Below, one piece after another: positions 58,842 through 64,000 of a stretch of 64,000 nt of DNA. The translations under genes and the position numbers were made by a program. This DNA is from the human T2T-CHM13v2.0 reference genome, Homo sapiens. The notes beneath the pieces were generated by a model. It searched no databases. It worked only from the letters and a program-made list of their open reading frames with translations, and had not been told where the DNA came from. Each line of letters opens with the position of its first letter. The stretch's first letter is position 1. The stretch is taken from NCBI RefSeq assembly GCF_009914755.1, contig NC_060926.1, one strand, 5' to 3'.

Positions 58842-59125
58842 AAGTTTGGATAGGCTAGTAGGTATAACAAGATAGAACCCAAATATACAGTTGTTAATTG
58901 CGCCAGCACTGCAATAAGTGTTTATTTCTCACTCACTTATGCATGCTAAGTGGTTTCCAGGCGGGGCAGAGTTTTCAAGTTCATAATAGCATTACCTGAG
59001 AATAATCTAAGTGGTCATTTTCTCTAGAAGTTCTTGCTAAACCTCGATTTTCTCATTTCCCAAGTGGTCAAGGCTTTCCTTCTCTGTGCTCCCACAGAGT
59101 CCTGTAATCAACCTCATATGTCAAT

Positions 59126-59417
59126 ATTTTTTTTTATTTTTGAGATGGAGTCTCGCTCTGTTGCCCAGGCTAGAGTGCGTGATCTTGGCTCACTACATCC
59201 TCCACCTCCTGGGTTCAAGTGATTCTCCTGCCTCAGCCCCTTGAGTAGCTGGGACTACAGGCAGGTGCCACCATGCCCAGTGAGTTTTTGTATTTTCAGT
59301 ACAGATGGGGTTTCATCATGTTGGCCAGGCTTGTCTCGAACTCCTGACCTCAAGTAATCTGCTCACCTTGACCTCGCAAAGTGCTGGGATTACAGGCGTG
59401 AGCCACCGTGCCCTGCC
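59126..59417 (-). mobile_element. AluS (Sx-like)
   Basis: Full Alu with TSD CATATGTCAAT (59115-59125/59418-59428). Confidence 0.93.
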
Positions 59418-59699
59418 CATATGTCAATTTTGACAGCGTTTCATTGCCTTCCGCTCATCAGAGAGAGGAGTCAATTATCCTGTGGGGCCTTCAGGGGGCA
59501 TACAAAGCACAGATGACCAAAAATCCCTCTTCTGTTACTGAAAGATGCTGGACATTTTATCATTGAGATCCTGCCATTTATTTAAAGGTTTATTTTTTAT
59601 CATGTCTAAATATAAATACTTTTGGGTGTAAGCATATTCTATCACCATTGATTTATATATAACATACTAAAAAAGCAGAAACTAGAAAACTAAAAAAAG

Positions 59700-60025
59700 G
59701 ATTATATTATATATAATATAATATATGTTAGATATAAGTATATATATTATAATACATAATATGTAATATATACATATATAACATATATATTCTCTTAAAT
59801 AAAAATATATAGGTGTGTATATATTTATATTTATTTACATATAAGTATATATTTATTTATATATATAATCCCTATTCCAAGGTATGTATCCACACACACG
59901 TTTATATAAAGAGAGAGAGAACCTAATATATGTATTTATATTTATTTTTAGATATATTTATATTTATTAGGATATTTATATTTATTTAGATATAAAAAAT
60001 AAATTATATTTATATATATATATTT
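59700..60025. repeat. TA-rich low-complexity region
   Basis: Direct reading. Confidence 0.85.
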
Positions 60026-60294
60026 CCTGTTCCAGGGTATGTATCTCTTTGTGTAGTTTTCAGTGAAATCCAGCCCAATGAAGTAGAGATTAATTTCTTT
60101 ATTTTAAAATTGAGGAAAACAGTTTTAGTGACTGGATGGCCTCCATAAGGTCATATAATTAAATAATCAGGACTTGCATCTGTGTTCTTCTGATTGCAAA
60201 ACTCCCTGTTCTTTCTGGCTTCATGGTGCTGCCTTAGGTATCATCGTTTCTAAGGAGAATGTTTTCCTCAGTAAACCTGTTGCCACCATCATAA

Positions 60295-60299
<5 letters not shown>

Positions 60300-60338
<39 letters not shown>
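60300..60338. repeat. (TG)n microsatellite
   Basis: Direct reading. Confidence 0.9.
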
Positions 60339-60341
<3 letters not shown>

Positions 60342-60779
60342 AAATATATGTGTTTGTGTATGCATATATGAATACATACACATATACACAAAAACACACA
60401 TACACATATATTTCTAAATTCCAATGAGAGAGAATATAACTAATTAAATTTTTTAAAATATTTACATATATGCTTACACGTGAGTGGTGCATGTTTATAT
60501 ACATATATGTGCATTTGTGTGAGAGCACTCATAAGTCCCATGAACAAATCTGGCATTTTCTGTTACATTTTCTGCAACCATAATGCCATTTCCCCCAGAT
60601 TTTATATATCCTGTTTGTCTTCTTGTTTTCAAAATACTCCTGTTAATTATCACATAATACTACTTCTCTTAAATAAAAATAAGTTGTTTTCTCCAGCTTC
60701 ATGCCTGGGATATATTTCCAGTCAATGTAAATGTGTGTGTCTGTGTGTGTGTGTGTCTATGCATCTACTAGGGAAACAA

Positions 60780-61220
60780 TAACATCATGTGGAATAAATA
60801 GTCATTGGCTCAGGAGTAAGAAACCAGGATTCATTTCTGGCTCTGCTACCAACAAATTTTGTTATCGTCTAAAAATTGCAGACACTAAAATGTATTTCTT
60901 TGATTAGCTTTTCTGAAGAGTAAAAGGTTAGATAAGGTTAGGTTTTATAAAGTTAGATCTTTGGGTTCTAACCTTATAAAAATCAGCGAAATTTAGTGGT
61001 TAAGTGCACAAACTCAAGACACAGAACACTCCTACTGTCATTGTTACCTCGGGAAAATTAATCTGTCTATGTATCTTTCTGGTCGTATATGTTCTCATCT
61101 GCAAAATGTTTATATTAGTAGTAAGAATTTCAGTGAATTGTTATAATTAAATTATTTAATTCATTTAGTAGCTTAGAAAGTGCCTTACAAATTATTAATG
61201 ATTAACAAATGTTAGTCAAT
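60780..61220 (+). mobile_element. Two MIR relics
   Basis: caggagtaagaaaccaggattcatttctggctctgctac; ttctcatctgcaaaatg..gcttagaaagtgcct. Confidence 0.6.
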
Positions 61221-62318
61221 TATATTCTCTAAAATAGTCCATCAATGTGATACAAAAAATAGTTCATAATCTAGTTTGGGATAGATTTAAAAAGTCATGG
61301 TATGTCCTTTATTAAATAAAGAAAGATTAGCCCAAAAGGAAAAACATGCATAGGACACTTATGAATATGTGTAATTTGATTTTATTTAAAAAGGAAACGT
61401 ACGCAAAAGCAGAAGAGAAAATGGCTTGCCTGGTTCCACAGCAAATAAGCAGTAAGTGATTTTACAATTTCCCTCCTGCCATTGGGAAAGTTGTTGGCTC
61501 TCACCATCCACTATCTTGTTGCTGACATCTCCCTCATCTTAAATTGCACATTATGGGGGCCACTCTCTGGCTCTCCAAGGAATGAACAAATTGCCTTCTG
61601 TTTATTTCCTCCATCAATCAGGTAGAGTAATAGGCTCTTTCCTCAAACCCCAGAAATGTATCCAGCTCAATTCAAGCCCTAGTGGTTGGAAAGTGTCCAA
61701 AATTAAAGTACATAAGATTCGAAGACCAGAATTTATAAAAAGTAATTGTGCCCACTTAGAAATGTTAATTATGGTCTGTCTTTCTGACTTCTAGCAAAAC
61801 CTAATTGTTCTTCTGTGGAACAGTGAGAAATCCATCAGAGTGGAGATAAAAAGTCTTAGCCTTTTGCCGTTTCTGGAACAGCTGGGACGGTATGATATCT
61901 ACCTGCTCCACTTCTTTAATTTACTCATATATGAAATAATAATAATAATCCTCAGCATTGCACTCAACGCCTTCTAAGGCTGTGCTACTCAACTCTTTTT
62001 GTCTCTGTATTTTATCCTTTTATTCTCATCTCTTACCACACCCGTTTCCTAGTCCCAGTAAACTCCCTGGAATCCCATATATCTTCGTGTTGAAGAAAAC
62101 ACACACAGAATTTCTTTGGATGGCCTATTTGAACCTTTCTCTCATCTAACTTCCTAATTTCTAGGCATTTTTGAACACCTACGACAGATGCCATACATCT
62201 CCATGAATCTTGCTAAAATCCCTGCGTTAGAATTGCTTAGCAATGTTTTTGTGCCTTTACAGAAAGGCACAATCAGACACAGCCTAGTTCATGCCATGTA
62301 ATTTTATGGCAATCTGTG

Positions 62319-62667
62319 TGATATGGTTTGGCTCTGTGACCCCACCCAAATCTCATCTTGAATTGTCATCCCCACATGTTGGAGGAGGAATCTGGAGGAA
62401 GGTGATTGGATCATGGGGGCAGTTCCCTCCATGCTGTTCTTGTGATAGTGAGTTCTCATCAGATCTGATGGTTTAAAAGTGTGTGGCAGTTTCCCCCCCA
62501 ACCCTGTCCTGCCGCCATACTTACCCTTCACCTTCTGCCACTATTGTAAGTTTCCTGAGGCCTCCCCAGCCATGGGGAACTGTGACTCAACTAAACCTTT
62601 TTTATTTTAGTATAAATTACCCAGTCTCAGGTAGCTCTTTGTATCAGTGTAAAAACTGACTAGTACA
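62319..62667 (+). mobile_element. THE1D-type solo LTR
   Basis: tgatatggtttggctctgtg...gactagtaca with TSD CTGTG/CTATG. Confidence 0.9.
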
Positions 62668-63563
62668 CTATGCATTATTATTCATTGTTTGTACATACCC
62701 CAGACACCCACTCATCTACATATAACTTGGACCACATCTTATTCATCTTAATGCCCAGCATAGACAGCATTATAATAGATACACTGGTTTAATAACTTTT
62801 TGATGAATGAATGAGTTTATAAATTAAACTCAATTCTCTATAGGTGGAATGAGAAAGTGGGACTCTGAAGTTCACCTCAACTATAAAAAAAATCCATTTA
62901 ACTTTGCAAATGCATCTATTCAATGTTAACGAAGACAACAAAGAGTGATTATTTTACTTATTTTTTAAGTAATTAACAAAATTGAGCAGCACATGGGTCA
63001 CCTGGTAAATAGAAACTTTGCTTTGACAGAGATGAAGATGTAGATAATTAGATAAATGAAAGGGATTTGGAGAGGATTAGTTACTAGGGTAACCCAGGAG
63101 CAAGATATTATGATAATCTAAAACCAGGCAAATTTAAAAAGTGAAGACAATTATAACATGCTGAGCCAATTTTCTTATTAGTGAAAGAGGAAAATTTATT
63201 CTTCTGAATCAGCAAATATATGCGCCCAATTAGCTGAAAGCACAAAGTTAAACAAATGGGAAAATTCCTCAAGTAAATAGTTTAAGTTGACATATATGTA
63301 TTTCTTAATAAACAGTTACAGTTTCAGTTCAAGTTGCTGAACAAAAACTAGAATATTCAAAATGTTAATCGCAGTAAGAAACAGAGATTTGCATATAATA
63401 GTTAGGAAACAGTTCTTGTCTTTTTTTCATGTAAATGAGAGCCTTTATGACAGTCCCAGAGCTGACTTGCTCTAGTATCTTATTTTCCATAAAAATAGGA
63501 ATTGCCAGATTTGACAGTCTATCTTGTCACATCATAGGTCTTAATTTGATGTTTATAAAGAGG

Positions 63564-64000
63564 TGTCAAAAGACAAAATTACAACTAATTTAGTTTAAAG
63601 AACTAATTAGCTTTTATTTGCAATTCTAAAATCAGGTAATATGTCATGCTTAAAAATAGAATAAATGTTCTGCTGCGTGTGATCAAACATTTGGTTTTTA
63701 TAAGGTGAGAATAAGGGAAAAGAACAATAAATAAAGTGGATTCATTTATATCAGGCTATTATAGTTTACTAATAATTGTTAAAACAGAGGGAAAATTTGT
63801 AGTATGCTGACTCAGGTACACTGGCTCTTTCTGATTGATTGCCATGAATCTGTTTTCAGAAAATAAACCTGATCTATTTGATTATTTACCTGTTTCTTTA
63901 AATTTTCAAGTTGATTATGTGGCACGTAGCATGAGTAACTCCATTTTGGTTTGGTCTGATTTGCTGGGGCCTATTATATAAACTCATTCCAAAACAATGG
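63564..64000 (-). mobile_element. MER4-group ERV1 LTR (subfamily uncertain), runs off the right edge
   Basis: tgtcaaaagacaaaattacaac terminus and a ctccattttggtttggtctg motif. Confidence 0.7.

Overview
This is AT-rich, CpG-depleted primate (human-like, since AluY and L1PA3-type elements are present) non-coding DNA, either a gene desert or a large intron. I see no host protein-coding exon, RNA gene or CRISPR array; every ORF I can assign is transposon-derived. Contents: the 5' half of an old L1PA (minus strand, 1-4115); a full THE1C MaLR provirus with a nested LTR8; a decayed HERV16/ERVL provirus (LTR16-int-LTR16, ~12230-19500) carrying a deleted THE1D, a twin-primed L1PA5/6 and an AluY; two near-full-length ancient L1M elements; a young truncated L1PA3; a full-length Hsmar1 mariner; solo LTRs, Alus, MIR/L2 relics and microsatellites. 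Subfamily names come from remembered consensus sequences and identities were counted by hand, so both need RepeatMasker/Dfam and alignment checks. I cannot support a new gene system. The most unusual signal is a set of fossil templated-insertion/template-switch scars. The clearest is at 30214-30638, where an L1M internal deletion is filled by an inverted copy of 31002-31175, a direct copy of 32132-32302 and an LTR end, joined at microhomologies. Other examples are fold-back and iterative-synthesis inserts at 19195-19300, 38408-38612 and 40136-40310.
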